Positions 36,433 to 49,543 are shown, numbered from the whole stretch's first letter. The stretch: 63,856 bases of DNA, filler included, from Octopus bimaculoides (GCF_001194135.2; 7 parts of 6 records of this genome joined end to end with filler, not necessarily neighbours in it); one strand, 5' to 3'. Notes: a model not told the origin generated them from the sequence alone. Numbers and translations: made by a program.

Positions 36433-37091
36433 CTGCCAAGTTTGTATTTATGCACATCACTACTTGGTGCTGTCACTCCATATATTATTTACGGCAACAG
36501 AAATATTATTAGAGGAACCTGTCTCCTATGTCACTTCGCAGCGTCTGCCTTCTCGGTTTCTGCTGCTGAAGAGGAGATAACCACTCCGAAATCCATACAT
36601 CCACAATCTGGTTAGGGAGCGTTGTAAACTAACTCGGTGTACCTACACTTATTTGTCTACACCGAGAAATTTTCTTTGTGACAAAATACAGTGAATGACT
36701 TTCTTACGAGCTCGAATACCCTTCAAGCGTATTTAAACTGGTAACAAGTGTGTTTGTGTGTGTGTATGTATTATGGATTAAAACAAGCGAACCACATAGG
36801 AATGTTAGTACCTGTCTCCAAAATAGAGACGAGTACCAGCATTCCCATGTGGTTCACTTGAACAATTGTAGTAATCTTTCCAAGTGAAACTAATGGTTTT
36901 CTTGTTAATCCACAAATAAAGAATATTCATCCACCAATGTGGTGTTGAGCACTCGTTCTCACTGTTGGTTATATACATANNNNNNNNNNNNNNNNNNNNN
37001 NNNNNNNNNNNNNNNNNNNNNNNNNNNNNNNNNNNNNNNNNNNNNNNNNNNNNNNNNNNNNNNNNNNNNNNNNNNNNNNTATATATATATA

Positions 37092-37128
<37 letters not shown>

Positions 37129-37785
37129 GACGGACGATCTATGAAAATAAATCTTCAAAAATTTTGATTCAACGGGTAAATCCATTTCAATTTAAAATTG
37201 TTGTCCAAATCTTGTTTTATATTTAGAGCATTGTAATATTCACAATATAAACTAAATTCAACATTCATTCTTCAAGGCTCCATGTGTTATTCTTTGTAAC
37301 AATTTAATATGTAATATACTATAGTATGCCATAGAATATATTTATAGTTTTATTTATTTTTTTAGCAATACTGCAAGCACCTTGTCTGTATATAATATAA
37401 TATCCTCGTGGTCAGAAAAAGCGGATCACCCTGATTAGTTTTGTCGTGAAGATGGTTGTTCACCATAAGCGTGATAATTGATGTGTGTTGGATTATAAAT
37501 GACTATCGTCGAGTGGTTTAGCCAACACACAAACTTTTAACACATTTACTGTTGGACATGATTTACTGCGTTTGCTGTTTACAAAAGAAAGATGCTAATA
37601 ATATAACTGCCAACTATGAAGAGAGAACTGCGCTGTGTCTTGTAGAAGACTAGTTGTGTTACATCGTGCGTAAATGTCTGAAGTCGTTTCTTGCTCGAGA
37701 TAGTCTAGTCTTGGCGGTCTGCCTTCTGTGAATACCCGAGATCGCCTGATCATACCGATGTCTGGCCGGGTTAGGCACTAAACGA

Positions 37786-37898
37786 CTTTTATAGGAAAAA
37801 AGGGGAAAATTTTAGATTATCCGAGGAGCCATGTCACGTCACAGCTTCACGCTAATTGGTTGATTCATAGATCAATCACGTGAAACTGTGGTGACTCA
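37786..37898 (-). promoter_or_regulatory. Candidate Pol II promoter: AP-1, E-box, CCAAT, CRE/ATF-like site, TATA
   Basis: On minus, in order: TGAGTCA (37892-37898), TCACGTGA (37876-37883), CCAAT (37855-37859), GTGACGTGAC (37833-37842), CTATAAAAG (37786-37794). Non-repetitive, CpG-enriched flank. Confidence 0.6.
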
Positions 37899-38260
37899 CT
37901 CGTGATGCCTGGCTGAATTTCTTGCAGTTGGGGTTCAAATTCCTAGTTTGAGATCTGTGCTAAGATTTAATTAGTGATTGAGTACTTTATCCATGGAGAC
38001 AGTTTACAAACTCAGGAAGGGTTAACTAATAAGTATTATCGGGAAATTTCTGAAAGGGCTCTTTCTTTATCTGCAATATTTAAACGTGTATTTATAAGTA
38101 AAGAAACAAAATATTTACTTTATGTGTATAAAATCACTTAGAATATGCTAAAATTTAGGATCCTTCTTACATTCAAAATATAGACAAAAGTAAACATGTT
38201 CGAAGACATTTTAGAAGTTAAATACCTGGTATGTCAAATCTGTGGTATCCCGTTCATTTG

Positions 38261-38391
38261 ATTGAACTAAAACTGCAATTTCTTGAACTTAAACGCATCG
38301 TCATAGATTTTATATTGTTTACAATTTTATACAGAAAATCTAAATCTATGACGATGCGTTTGAGTCCAAGAAATTGCAGTTTTAGTTCAAT
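38261..38391. repeat. Near-perfect hairpin: 50 bp arms, 31 nt loop
   Basis: 38261-38310 is the reverse complement of 38342-38391 at 48 of 50 positions. Confidence 0.95.
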
Positions 38392-39526
38392 GTAAGGATA
38401 AGCATATTAAAAGGGGTCTGTGGGAAAACTCACTTAAATAAAAGGGGTCCTTGGAGTGAAACGGTTGGGAACCACTAGACGAAGGGAAAATACATTAGCT
38501 ACACTGCTGTATGTCTCAGAGCTCATCAATTTAGTTTTATTATTGAATATTTTCGTTATTTAAATTCATTTGAAACCGAAGACATTGGTTTGAGATTGTA
38601 TGCTTTTTTTTTAATAATGGAAGACACTACCTACGTCAACAAAAGTCTTCTTGACTAAAAACAAATTCCATCATAAGCTAAAAATATTTGTTAATTAACA
38701 GTCGTCCATTTTATGTTTACTTAAGTGAAGGTGTAATATAATCTAGCTTTCATATAATCCAAAGATGATTCAATACAAGGTTGGATTTTGTTCTGTATAG
38801 CTCAAGGTCAGCGGATCTATTATCAACACTGTTCTGACCATAATTAATATTACATCTTTTTCTTTTCTTTTTTTTCCTATCATAAGGTATGTAGAACTTT
38901 TATTACACTGTGTTCTTCCTTTTTTTTTTAGGATGATGGGATGTAGTATTGACGAGATTTGTTTGATATTTCTCACAGGTCGAATCATCGCAAGGAAATT
39001 TCTATAGGCCTTAAGTTTTCCTTTCAGTTTCGTAAATATGAATTACAGAAACCAAAGTAATGTTCTTGCAATAAGCTGGACAGATTGTTAGAATAAAAAT
39101 TTTAAATCGAAATAGCTTTAAACAAGTGAAGATATTGCTCAAGACGAATATTTAGCAAACGTTCGACTTCCACCGTGTTCGTATGCATAATCTACAGTAA
39201 AAAATACCAAAAAATTTTGTATCATAGAACAGAAAACTCATGAAATGAATCAACTATTACAGAACGTATTTTTCACGAATAGCAATACAAATCTTTTCAA
39301 ACGTTTGACCACCTCACACTTATATGTACCATTATATCATCTCCACCCGAATTCTTTCAAGTAACTAGTTTAAAATATCTTTTACTATCATTTATCCACT
39401 CCGATTTTTTTTTTTGACATCAGAGACCAAAAAAGTCAATGTGTTGTGTATGTGCACGAGTGTTAGCAGGATTGACAAAATTCTCACATTAGTTTAAATG
39501 TATAATGGGCATGAAGGTTTAGATAC

Positions 39527-39630
39527 CTGTGGAGTATCTCCTCCCATTATAATTGTTTTGTAGTTTCAAGGAGCTGGAACGGTTCGCCGATTTGTGACGT
39601 CCATGCGAAGCGAGGTGATGAGAATGGCTC
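39527..39630 (-). CDS. Candidate exon (SHSHHLASHGRHKSANRSSSLKLQNNYNGRRYST)
   Basis: Donor CAG/GTATCT, AG acceptor after a pyrimidine-rich stretch, one fully open frame ending in phase 1, compatible with the 33683 exon. Confidence 0.35.
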
Positions 39631-40069
39631 CTTAGTACATCACACGGTTGATACAAGAAATATAAATAGAACAATGCATATATGTGCCAGAGGGAAATAA
39701 GAGACACAACCAGGTAGAATGTTTAAGAGAAGATTTATCGATATGTTAACATGTGTGATTGTGTGTGCGTCATTTATACAGGCTGTCATAAGAATATGTA
39801 TGCGTGTGTATGTAGGCATAGATGTATGCGCGTTAAGAACATACAAGGATAGCGATGAAAAAAAAATTGTGAAAGAGTCTATAGCCATCGAAGTGAGGAG
39901 TAAGTTCAGACAAGAATAATAAACACCAGTTTGTAGTCAATTGCGCAGGATAGTTGAAATACTGTATCAAGAATTTGCGGCGATGATGCAGAGCCGGTTG
40001 CGGTACATGTCGCAAGCAATGCGTAGCGTAGCCATGTCAAACACCAAAAAGAAGGAAATTCGAGCTTAC

Positions 40070-40297
40070 CTGTTCGTTCATCTTTCGAGGGGGATTATTC
40101 TCAGTATTTCTGAGACAGGTTCCCCACCCCCACTCCTTTCTTTCATACAAAAATGGTTCAACCGGCGTGTTAAATACCTTAGGCAGTTCTTTCAGTTCTG
40201 CTATCTCCTTTGGGTGTCTGTTTTTAAGTTCGTTGTATAGTTTTCGGGAGATTTTTCCCAACGTTACTGAGCGTCATTTTCTTGAAGAGGTGCGCTT
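40070..40297 (-). CDS. Candidate 228 nt exon containing one in-frame TGA
   Basis: Acceptor TTTCTTTAG, donor CAG/GTAAGC, 76 codons KRTSSRK*RSVTLGKISRKLYNELKNRHPKEIAELKELPKVFNTPVEPFLYERKEWGWG...KMNEQ. The in-register plus strand is also open, so strand is not certain. Confidence 0.35.
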
Positions 40298-40574
40298 CTA
40301 AAGAAACGCCGAAATAAATCACACCAGGTAACGTTTCAATGTCTTCTTACAGAAAATAAACCCCCACTTTTTAAAATAAAACAGTTTTGTTGTATAAGCG
40401 ACATTGCCAACAATATTCATCGACATCCTTATATATTTCGTTAATTTGGAATTTTTTTGACATCTCAGGAGCCATTTATTTATTTATTTTAAATGAAGTC
40501 TTTTTCCGGCAGGTCACATCTAACATGTGCAAATATATAAAAAATTTTCCTCGCAATCCAAATATTGCAAGATA

Positions 40575-41910
40575 CAGGGTGTTCGGGCTAAATTTGACGA
40601 TTTTTTTGTCTCCTTTTTTCAATAACAACTTGGTGTATTGGTGGACATTCAACGGCGTTGGAGAGTATAAAGATGTAGGGACCTCGCTTCGCCTTGCCTA
40701 AGATTTGAAACCAAATCTACCCGCTTGTTGATGAAGAAACACTCGACTCCCTATGATCTGTGCTGGTCAAGGAAAGGCCTTTGTTTAAGGTTTGAGCTAC
40801 ATTACTGACCATGGTCTATATAGCAGAACTGTTCCTATCTCTTCCTCTTTTACGTCAGCCATAACCAAGAGCAGTATTTTCCTCGGCCGCAAGAAAGACG
40901 ATGCCACCTTTATCCTTTCTAGTCAGCACCGTGCATTCTTTACTCTTTCACTCTCTACTGACAGCAACTTCTACACTATCAACTACTAACCAACGAACCA
41001 TCTTTGTTGTCACTATCACTAGAATTGCTATTATCTCTTTAATTATATGTCGGGCAAACGGATAAATATATGTAAATAATATTTCTTCCTTCTTGGTGTT
41101 GATTCTTCGATGTTCACTGGTTACTCCGACGCAACAACCTTTAAGAGTTACATTTACACGCTACATTAGATAGTGGGCTACATCATATCGACCTGATATC
41201 ATATCTTTCATCCAGTCCGCTACAAAGATTAGGGTTGTAACTGAGAAAATGTTAGCTGATACGGAGAGCGGGAAGCCATCTGAACTTTGGGAAAGACTGC
41301 TGCTCAATGCTGTGAACAATGTAAAAGACATGATATAGACAGCCAAAAAGCTGTAGCCAGCAGGTAGGGACTCAGCAAGTGTTCTGACTGCGTAAGCACA
41401 CCGGAATTCACCCAACACTTGTAGGACAGGGCCTTAGACTCAATTCATACGGCTATGTGAAGCTGCTGGAAAATGTAGTCAATCCCTGGCTAAAGAAGGT
41501 TGCTGCTAGATGGCCATACGTGTGGCAGCAGGATTCAGCTTCTTGTCATACCTCGGAAAAGTCAAAAGTGGTTTCAGAGAATTCTTGTCTTCACTTGTCC
41601 CAATTTTTGGCCTCCTAAATCCCCCGATTGTAATCCCATACATTACTATGTATAGAGCGCAGTTCTGAAAGACACCAACAGCTCTGCATGTAACACCAAG
41701 GCCAAGCTGGTGACCAAGATCTTCCCACCATGAGGAACGCATGTACCAGATTCCAGGGCCGTCTTGATTCAGTAGTGGAAACTGATGGTGGCTAATTTGA
41801 ATAATACTCTAAATATTTTTATTATTTTTTTAATCGCTTATGTTTTTGGATGGGATATTGTGTTTTCTTTTCTTTTTATGCAAACTGTCAAGCTTAGTCC
41901 GAACACCCTG
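40575..41910 (+). mobile_element. Tc1/mariner superfamily element, maT/DD37D-like, defective
   Basis: TIRs CAGGGTGTTCGG(G/A)CTAA..TTGAC at both ends with TA flanks (40573-74, 41911-12). Transposase relic at about 41430-41760: GLRLNSYGYVKLLENVVNPWL...WQQDSASCHTS...PNFWPPKSPDCNP. Confidence 0.9.
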
Positions 41911-42160
41911 TACATAACTAGGCTTATAACTTATATGAAATTATGCTGCTAGTCGTCAGCCAAAATTAATAATGTTCAATGAAAAAAAAAATAGGAAGTG
42001 CCTGTATAACTGAAACAAGGATCAGTTCCAGAGAAAATCCACCAATGTATACTCATGAACCTAAAAATAAATTTGCTAAAAATGAAAACTAGTGGTTCTT
42101 TGTCATTATTTTAAGTTGCCATGTCAGTCAATGTTCATTCTGTTAAAATGTTTGTTAACG

Positions 42161-42222
42161 TGTAATTTAGTGACCCAAAGCGAAATTAAATTGTAATTTA
42201 GTGACCCAAAACGAAATTAAAT
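42161..42222. repeat. 31 bp tandem duplication
   Basis: TGTAATTTAGTGACCCAAA(G/A)CGAAATTAAAT twice. Confidence 0.95.
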
Positions 42223-43301
42223 TGCGATAGAAACCGAAAATTATTACATTGAAATCCTACAATCTCGTTATATATATAACGCGAAAACGATGCATAGATC
42301 CTATACATGATCCCTGAACCTATTTCAGAACGTATGTTCGTATAAAAACTGTTAATAAAGCATCATTCGTTTCTACAATGTATACTGAGCTTCCTCTTGG
42401 TATCCACTGCTCTTCGATAGTCTGTGTGTGGATGCTCTCATCATTGGATGAATAAAATTTCAAGAATGATTCACAACAATGTATGTGGCCTCAACTAACA
42501 GAGGAAGCCTACCTATCGGATATCAAACACGTCGCTCGTAAAACCCATTGCATTATTACATGGAAAAATGCGAGCATGAAAAGTAATATTCTTAAGATTA
42601 TAAACCTGGAAAAGTACAGGACAAGTTGTTACACCTGTAAAAGTATAGCACAAACTATTACTTATAGTAAAGTAAAGAATAAGAAACTTTTTACTTAAAA
42701 CATTGCAGCAAAGAATGCCAGCTCTTCTAATTTATCTCTCTTTACAGTTCTCATCTTTTAAATTTATTGTACAAAACTGTTCAGCTAATTTGTAAGTTTG
42801 TCTAATTAGTCACCTTTTTCTGTATTTAAGGTAGTAAATTAGCCAAATTCTACTTAATTAAGTATAGTGTTATTTGTAAACTATAGAAAAATAAATTTTA
42901 ACATTCAAATTTTAATTTTAGCTGCAATATTTTAAGCAAAAAGTTTTTTTCGTAGAAAGTGGGTTATACATCTTTAGATTGTATACCTGACTTTCTACTA
43001 TAAAATTAAAGAAATAGACGGAACGCTGAACTCCAGACTAAACAACTCAAACAACATTTATTTAGGTGGTAAACATACATATCTTTTAGTTATGCATCTT
43101 TAGAGGTGAGAATGTCGAGCGTAAGACCGAAAGATGTAGAGACAGCTTTAAACACACGTCCATGCTCAATCGCTGTCCAGCGAGAAAGAGAATGAATTGA
43201 GNNNNNNNNNNNNNNNNNNNNNNNNNNNNNNNNNNNNNNNNNNNNTTAATTAATTAANNNNNNNNNNNNNNNNNNNNNNNNNNNNNNNNNNNNNNNNNNN
43301 N

Positions 43302-43339
<38 letters not shown>

Positions 43340-43364
43340 GTGTGTGTGTGTATATGTATATGCA

Positions 43365-43560
43365 TGTTCTTTACTTGCTTTTACTCTTTCACTTGTTTGA
43401 GTCATCTGACTGCGGCCATGTTGGGGCACCGCCTTACAGTTGAACAAAATCAACCTCCAGGACTTATTCGTTGTAAGCCTAGTACTTATTCTATCGGTTC
43501 TGCTGCGAACCGCTATGTTACGTCGACGTAAACACACCACCATCAGTTGTCAAGTCTAAT
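43365..43560 (-). mobile_element. SINE family A 3-prime half
   Basis: GACTGCGGCCATGTTGGGGCACCGCC...GTAAGCCTAGTACTTATTCTATCGG...CAGTTGTCAAG. Confidence 0.85.
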
Positions 43561-45286
43561 GTTGAATTAAATAATCGTTCAGTAGGACCATATATCCCCC
43601 TTCTTTTTTAGTCAAATATGGGGGTCATTGTAATGTAGAGATATGTGCATCTGTAAAATCAGTTAAATATATTAGCAAATATATTCATAAAGGTCATGAT
43701 CGGATGACGGTCAATATTCGTGGACAAACCAATGCACGACTAACACACGACGATTAAATTGAAAATTATATCAATGGCTGCTCTGGATCCTCATCAGAGG
43801 CAGTCTGGAGGATATATACGTATATATATATATATATATATATATNNNNNNNNNNNNNNNNNNNNNNNNNNNNNNNNNNNNNNNNNNNNNNNNNNNNNNN
43901 NNNNNNNNNNNNNNNNNNNNNNNNNNNNNNNNNNNNNNNNNNNNNNNNNNNNNNNNNNNNNNNNNNNNNNNNNNNNNNNNNNNNNNNNNNNNNNNNNNNN
44001 NNNNNNNNNNNNNNNNNNNNNNNNNNNNNNNNNNNNNNNNNNNNNNNNNNNNNNNNNNNNNNNNNNNNNNNNNNNNNNNNNNNNNNNNNNNNNNNNNNNN
44101 NNNNNNNNNNNNNNNNNNNNNNNNNNNNNNNNNNNNNNNNNNNNNNNNNNNNNNNNNNNNNNNNNNNNNNNNNNNNNNNNNNNNNNNNNNNNNNNNNNNN
44201 NNNNNNNNNNNNNNNNNNNNNNNNNNNNNNNNNNNNNNNNNNNNNNNNNNNNNNNNNNNNNNNNNNNNNNNNNNNNNNNNNNNNNNNNNNNNNNNNNNNN
44301 NNNNNNNNNNNNNNNNNNNNNNNNNNNNNNNNNNNNNNNNNNNNNNNNNNNNNNNNNNNNNNNNNNNNNNNNNNNNNNNNNNNNNNNNNNNNNNNNNNNN
44401 NNNNNNNNNNNNNNNNNNNNNNNNNNNNNNNNNNNNNNNNNNNNNNNNNNNNNNNNNNNNNNNNNNNNNNNNNNNNNNNNNNNNNNNNNNNNNNNNNNNN
44501 NNNNNNNNNNNNNNNNNNNNNNNNNNNNNNNNNNNNNNNNNNNNNNNNNNNNNNNNNNNNNNNNNNNNNNNNNNNNNNNNNNNNNNNNNNNNNNNNNNNN
44601 NNNNNNNNNNNNNNNNNNNNNNNNNNNNNNNNNNNNNNNNNNNNNNNNNNNNNNNNNNNNNNNNNNNNNNNNNNNNNNNNNNNNNNNNNNNNNNNNNNNN
44701 NNNNNNNNNNNNNNNNNNNNNNNNNNNNNNNNNNNNNNNNNNNNNNNNNNNNNNNNNNNNNNNNNNNNNNNNNNNNNNNNNNNNNATATATATATATATA
44801 TATATATTCATATATATATATTTACATATATATATATATATATATATTCATATATATATATTTACATATATATATAAATATATATATATCTATGCATGTA
44901 TGTATATATGTGTATGTATAAATATACACACGTCTTGGAGAGGCAGGTGTCTGCTGCACAGAATTGTGAAGCTGGTTAAACAGAAGGATGTGCACACAGG
45001 AACCAATGGACTGTGTCTAAAGGATGCTGAAGCAGTCTCCAGGATTCAATGGCGTTCCACGCATCGCTACATACACCAACGGAGACAGCCGTTTCTGCTG
45101 GCTGCCTCCGAGTACGCCTATGCACCAGCAGAAATATGTGTATATATATATATATATCTACAAATATATATATGTATGTATATATATGTGTGTATATATG
45201 TATAAAATGTTTGATTATATATGGATATGTGAATGTATAAAATTCTGTGTGTGCTTACATACATACAAACATGAGTAAACATAAGT

Positions 45287-45364
<78 letters not shown>

Positions 45365-46023
45365 GCATACAGATACAGGAACACACTCACCCATATGTGT
45401 ATGTATGTGTGTGTGTCTGGTGGTGTCGAAGACAGGGGGCCGGAAATGGATGTTTTGTATTGGAGTAAACAAACACAAGTTATAAATGATTGAATCTGTC
45501 AGTATGTATGTATGTGTGTATGTGTATATATATACACACAATACATATATATATATATACAAGTATATGTAAATATATATATATATANNNNNNNNNNNNN
45601 NNNNNNNNNNNNNNNNNNNNNNNNNNNNNNNTTAATTAATTAANNNNNNNNNNNNNNNNNNNNNNNNNNNNNNNNNNNNNNNNNNNNCCCCCCACACACA
45701 CAAATACATAAAAAATGTAGCAGTCGGAACTTTCTTTTACAATAATATCCTAGAGTGCATTTGCACTACCAATACTTATAAACAGCATCGGAGATAATCG
45801 ACCTGGTTTATTGAGGAAATCACGCTTCATAGATATGAAAGACTACAAATCTGCAAGATCCTGGTATCAAATGGAAGCTGCTACAGATATGAACATATTA
45901 ATAGATTCTACTTCAGGTGAATAGAGGTGTGACGCGGCTTTGCATCTGTCCACACAAAACTCTAAATGTCGTTTAGTACCATTCAGACTGCGTCTGCTGA
46001 AGAACTATAGCCAAAAGGTATCA

Positions 46024-46165
46024 CAGGCGTAGGCACGGGCTGTATGATTAAGAAGCTCGCTAAGTGGTTTTGAGTTCAATTCCACTTCGAGGCACCTTGG
46101 GCAAGTGTCTTCTATAACATAGGAATGACCAATGCTTTGAGAGCGGATTTCGCAAACGGAAAGTG
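46024..46165 (+). mobile_element. Degenerate family A SINE head
   Basis: AGGCGTAGG...GAGTTCAATTCCACT..GAGGCACCTTGGGCAAGTGTCTTCTA. Confidence 0.7.
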
Positions 46166-46469
46166 CGTAGGGAAATGCAAACCTTCATTTAATCAAGATA
46201 TCCTTGGCCTGAAGAGTAGCCTGCGGTATACACCTTGCCTGACTATTTACCACTTCTGAGGTTCCGCTCGCTGTGGAACATATGCAGCCCAGATCTTATC
46301 TACGCCATTCCGTAACTCTTGTATATATATATTGGGTCATCCCATAAGTAATGCGGTTTTTTCAGTTGCATGAACGAGGGTTTCTCAGTGAAGACTTAAA
46401 AGACAAACACTCAATATACCAAACAGAAAGGACAAAAAAAGCAGGAAAGAGAAAACGAAAAAGGAAAAA

Positions 46470-46641
46470 AGAAACTCTAAAAGGTTCATCTGTTGCTAAG
46501 TCTTCGTAAATTTGAGCATCAGGCTGATATGCTGACATCAACACGTGGTATAGGATATCTGGACACGTGACGGGTATTTCGTTTCTCATCAACAGCTGCA
46601 TATCTATTTCATCAAACAGTGCGTCAGTGCACTTGGTAGCT
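46470..46641 (-). CDS. Weak candidate exon (ATKCTDALFDEIDMQLLMRNEIPVTCPDILYHVLMSAYQPDAQIYEDL...), 3-prime boundary unclear
   Basis: Open frame of more than 55 codons with protein-like composition after a TAATTAAG acceptor; no strong donor. A mariner-like TIR at 46330-46362 means it could instead be transposon-derived. Confidence 0.25.
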
Positions 46642-46894
46642 CTTAATTATAAAATATGCAACGATAAATAAATAAGATTCTAAAATTAAGTCAGATACTT
46701 CTGACTTCACAATGTTGCAATTCATGAGAATTTTGGATTGATATCTTTTAGCCACGGCACATATTCTACACATATACATGCATGCATACATACATACATG
46801 CATATATACATGCATACATACATATATGCACGCACAAGTATATACTTACACAAGCTCGTCACACAAACGTACGTACGCGCATATAAGTGTATAT

Positions 46895-47285
46895 TGTTTT
46901 ATTCTTTTACTTGTTTCAGTCGTTTGACTGCGGCCATGTTGGAGCGCCGCACTCGGTCGAGCAAATCGACCCCATGGCTTACTCTAAGTAAGCCTAGTAC
47001 TTATTCTTTTGCCGAACCTGGTAATTATTCTATCGTTCCTTTTGCCGAACCGCTAGGTTACGGGGACGTAAACACATCAGCACCGGTTGTCAAGCGGTGG
47101 ATATGGGACAAACACACACACACACACACACACATATATACGACGCGCTTCTTTCCGTTTCCGTCTACCAAATCCACTCAAAAGGCTTTGGTCGGGCCGA
47201 GGTTATAGCAGAAGACACTTGACCATGGTGCCATACAGTGGGTCTGAACCCGGAACCATGTGGTTAGGAAGCAAGCTTCTCACAC
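46895..47285 (-). mobile_element. Near full-length SINE family A
   Basis: All family A segments in reverse complement, with an internal duplication of TATTCT..TTTGCCGAACC. Confidence 0.9.
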
Positions 47286-47375
47286 ATGACCAAGTTCCAT
47301 TTCCAGGGAATGATCGGGGTTTTTCACTTCGCTAAGAAATATGCAGAGTAAAATCAAAATGCACACACACTGACA

Positions 47376-47415
<40 letters not shown>

Positions 47416-48196
47416 GACGAAATTATACATGCACACACAACACCCACAATTATCTATATTTGTTTCATCTATTNNNNNNNNNNNNNNNNNNNNNNNNNNN
47501 NNNNNNNNNNNNNNNNNNNNNNNNNNNNNNNNNNNNNNNNNNNNNNNNNNNNNNNNNNNNNNNNNNNNNNNNNNNNNNNNNNNNNNNNNNNNNNNNNNNN
47601 NNNNNNNNNNNNNNNNNNNNNNNNNNNNNNNNNNNNNNNNNNNNNNNNNNNNNNNNNNNNNNNNNNNNNNNNNNNNNNNNNNNNNNNNNNNNNNNNNNNN
47701 NNNNNNNNNNNNNNNNNNNNNNNNNNNNNNNNNNNNNNNNNNNNNNNNNNNNNNNNNNNNNNNNNNNNNNNNNNNNNNNNNNNNNNNNNNNNNNNNNNNN
47801 NNNNNNNNNNNNNNNNNNNNNNNNNNNNNNNNNNNNNNNNNNNNNNNNNNNNNNNNNNNNNNNNNNNNNNNNNNNNNNNNNNNNNNNNNNNNNNNNNNNN
47901 NNNNNNNNNNNNNNNNNNNNNNNNNNNNNNNNNNNNNNNNNNNNNNNNNNNNNNNNNNNNNNNNNNNNNNNNNNNNNNNNNNNNNNNNNNNNNNNNNNNN
48001 NNNNNNNNNNNNNNNNNNNNNNNNNNNNNNNNNNNNNNNNNNNNNNNNNNNNNNNNNNNNNTATTTATATGTGTATATATACTTAGATATCATCAGGTTC
48101 ATACCGTAGGATGGCATGTAAGATATTCGAGTCTAGGCAACTATATGCCGTATCACACATACTAGCACATACCCAGGCACACCCGCGAGCGCGCGT

Positions 48197-48244
<48 letters not shown>

Positions 48245-49127
48245 CTCATAGCTTCAATAAAGTTAATGTTAATCCAATGAGAGCTGTACTGAATATCACG
48301 TAACGGTACATTGTAAAATTCAAGGGAGTATCTTAAAAACAAAATATAACGAAAATACAAAGTTGTTATAGTAGTTTCACGCCGGAAAGAAGAAAAGTAT
48401 AGAAATCTCTTTAGAATTCGGACCACGCGCTCCTCATCGGAGGAGAACAGGAAGAAAAAACAAAAAGAATGTAAGAAAATGAGAAGAAAATGTTTGGAGG
48501 CCAAGCACGTGCGGATGAGTTTATAATCATGCTGGCGTGTGAAACAAGCAATAAGGAGCGGGGAAATAGGGGTTTATAGCTAAACCAGCAATAATAAAAT
48601 GAAGGGAGAAAGAATGGTCGACAGCCGGCATCGGTGAGGGTTTGAGTTTGTTACTGAACCATTTCTGCCCTTTCAATTTATTATATAATACTAGCGGTTC
48701 TTATATATACATACATACATACATACATACATGTACACATGTACTTATATACACATATATATTTATATGTATATATCATGGATATACATATACAAACGTA
48801 TATTCACACTCACACAGACACACAGGCACACATAGACACACATAGACACACATAGACACACACATATGTACATATATATATATAAATATACATATATATG
48901 TATATATATATATATACATACATATATATGTATGTATGTATATATATATACATACACATATATGTATATATGTATGTATGTATTTATGTATGTACGCATA
49001 TGCAAAGCACGTCAACATGTGGACAATGAATATTGAGAGCTTGGAAGTTATATCTTCAAACGTCACAGGGGCGTGTTTGTACGTGTCTGAGCGTGTGTGT
49101 TTGTATGCGTAGGCATGTGCGTGTGTT

Positions 49128-49189
<62 letters not shown>

Positions 49190-49509
49190 CGTGTGCGTGA
49201 AAATGTACTAACCTACGAAGCAATAACGAACCAACAAACATCTCCACGTGCTTCTATTTCGAATCTACACATTATATGGAAGCATGGATTCTGTTGATAA
49301 GCACCTGTGTCTATATGTGTGTATATATGCATATGGATATATATACAGAGAGAAAGAGGGAGAGTAGTGTATTTATATGATTGTTATGTATTCATTTAAT
49401 AGATAGGTTTGCGTATATAATGTGAATGTATTTCAGTGCGATGATGTAGTTCTATAAATAATATGTAAAAGCATACACACACACACACATATATATATAC
49501 ATATCTACA

Positions 49510-49543
<34 letters not shown>

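Noticed and set aside
43775-43805. CTGATGAG on minus as a hammerhead core
   Set aside because: No stem II closure or GAAA downstream.
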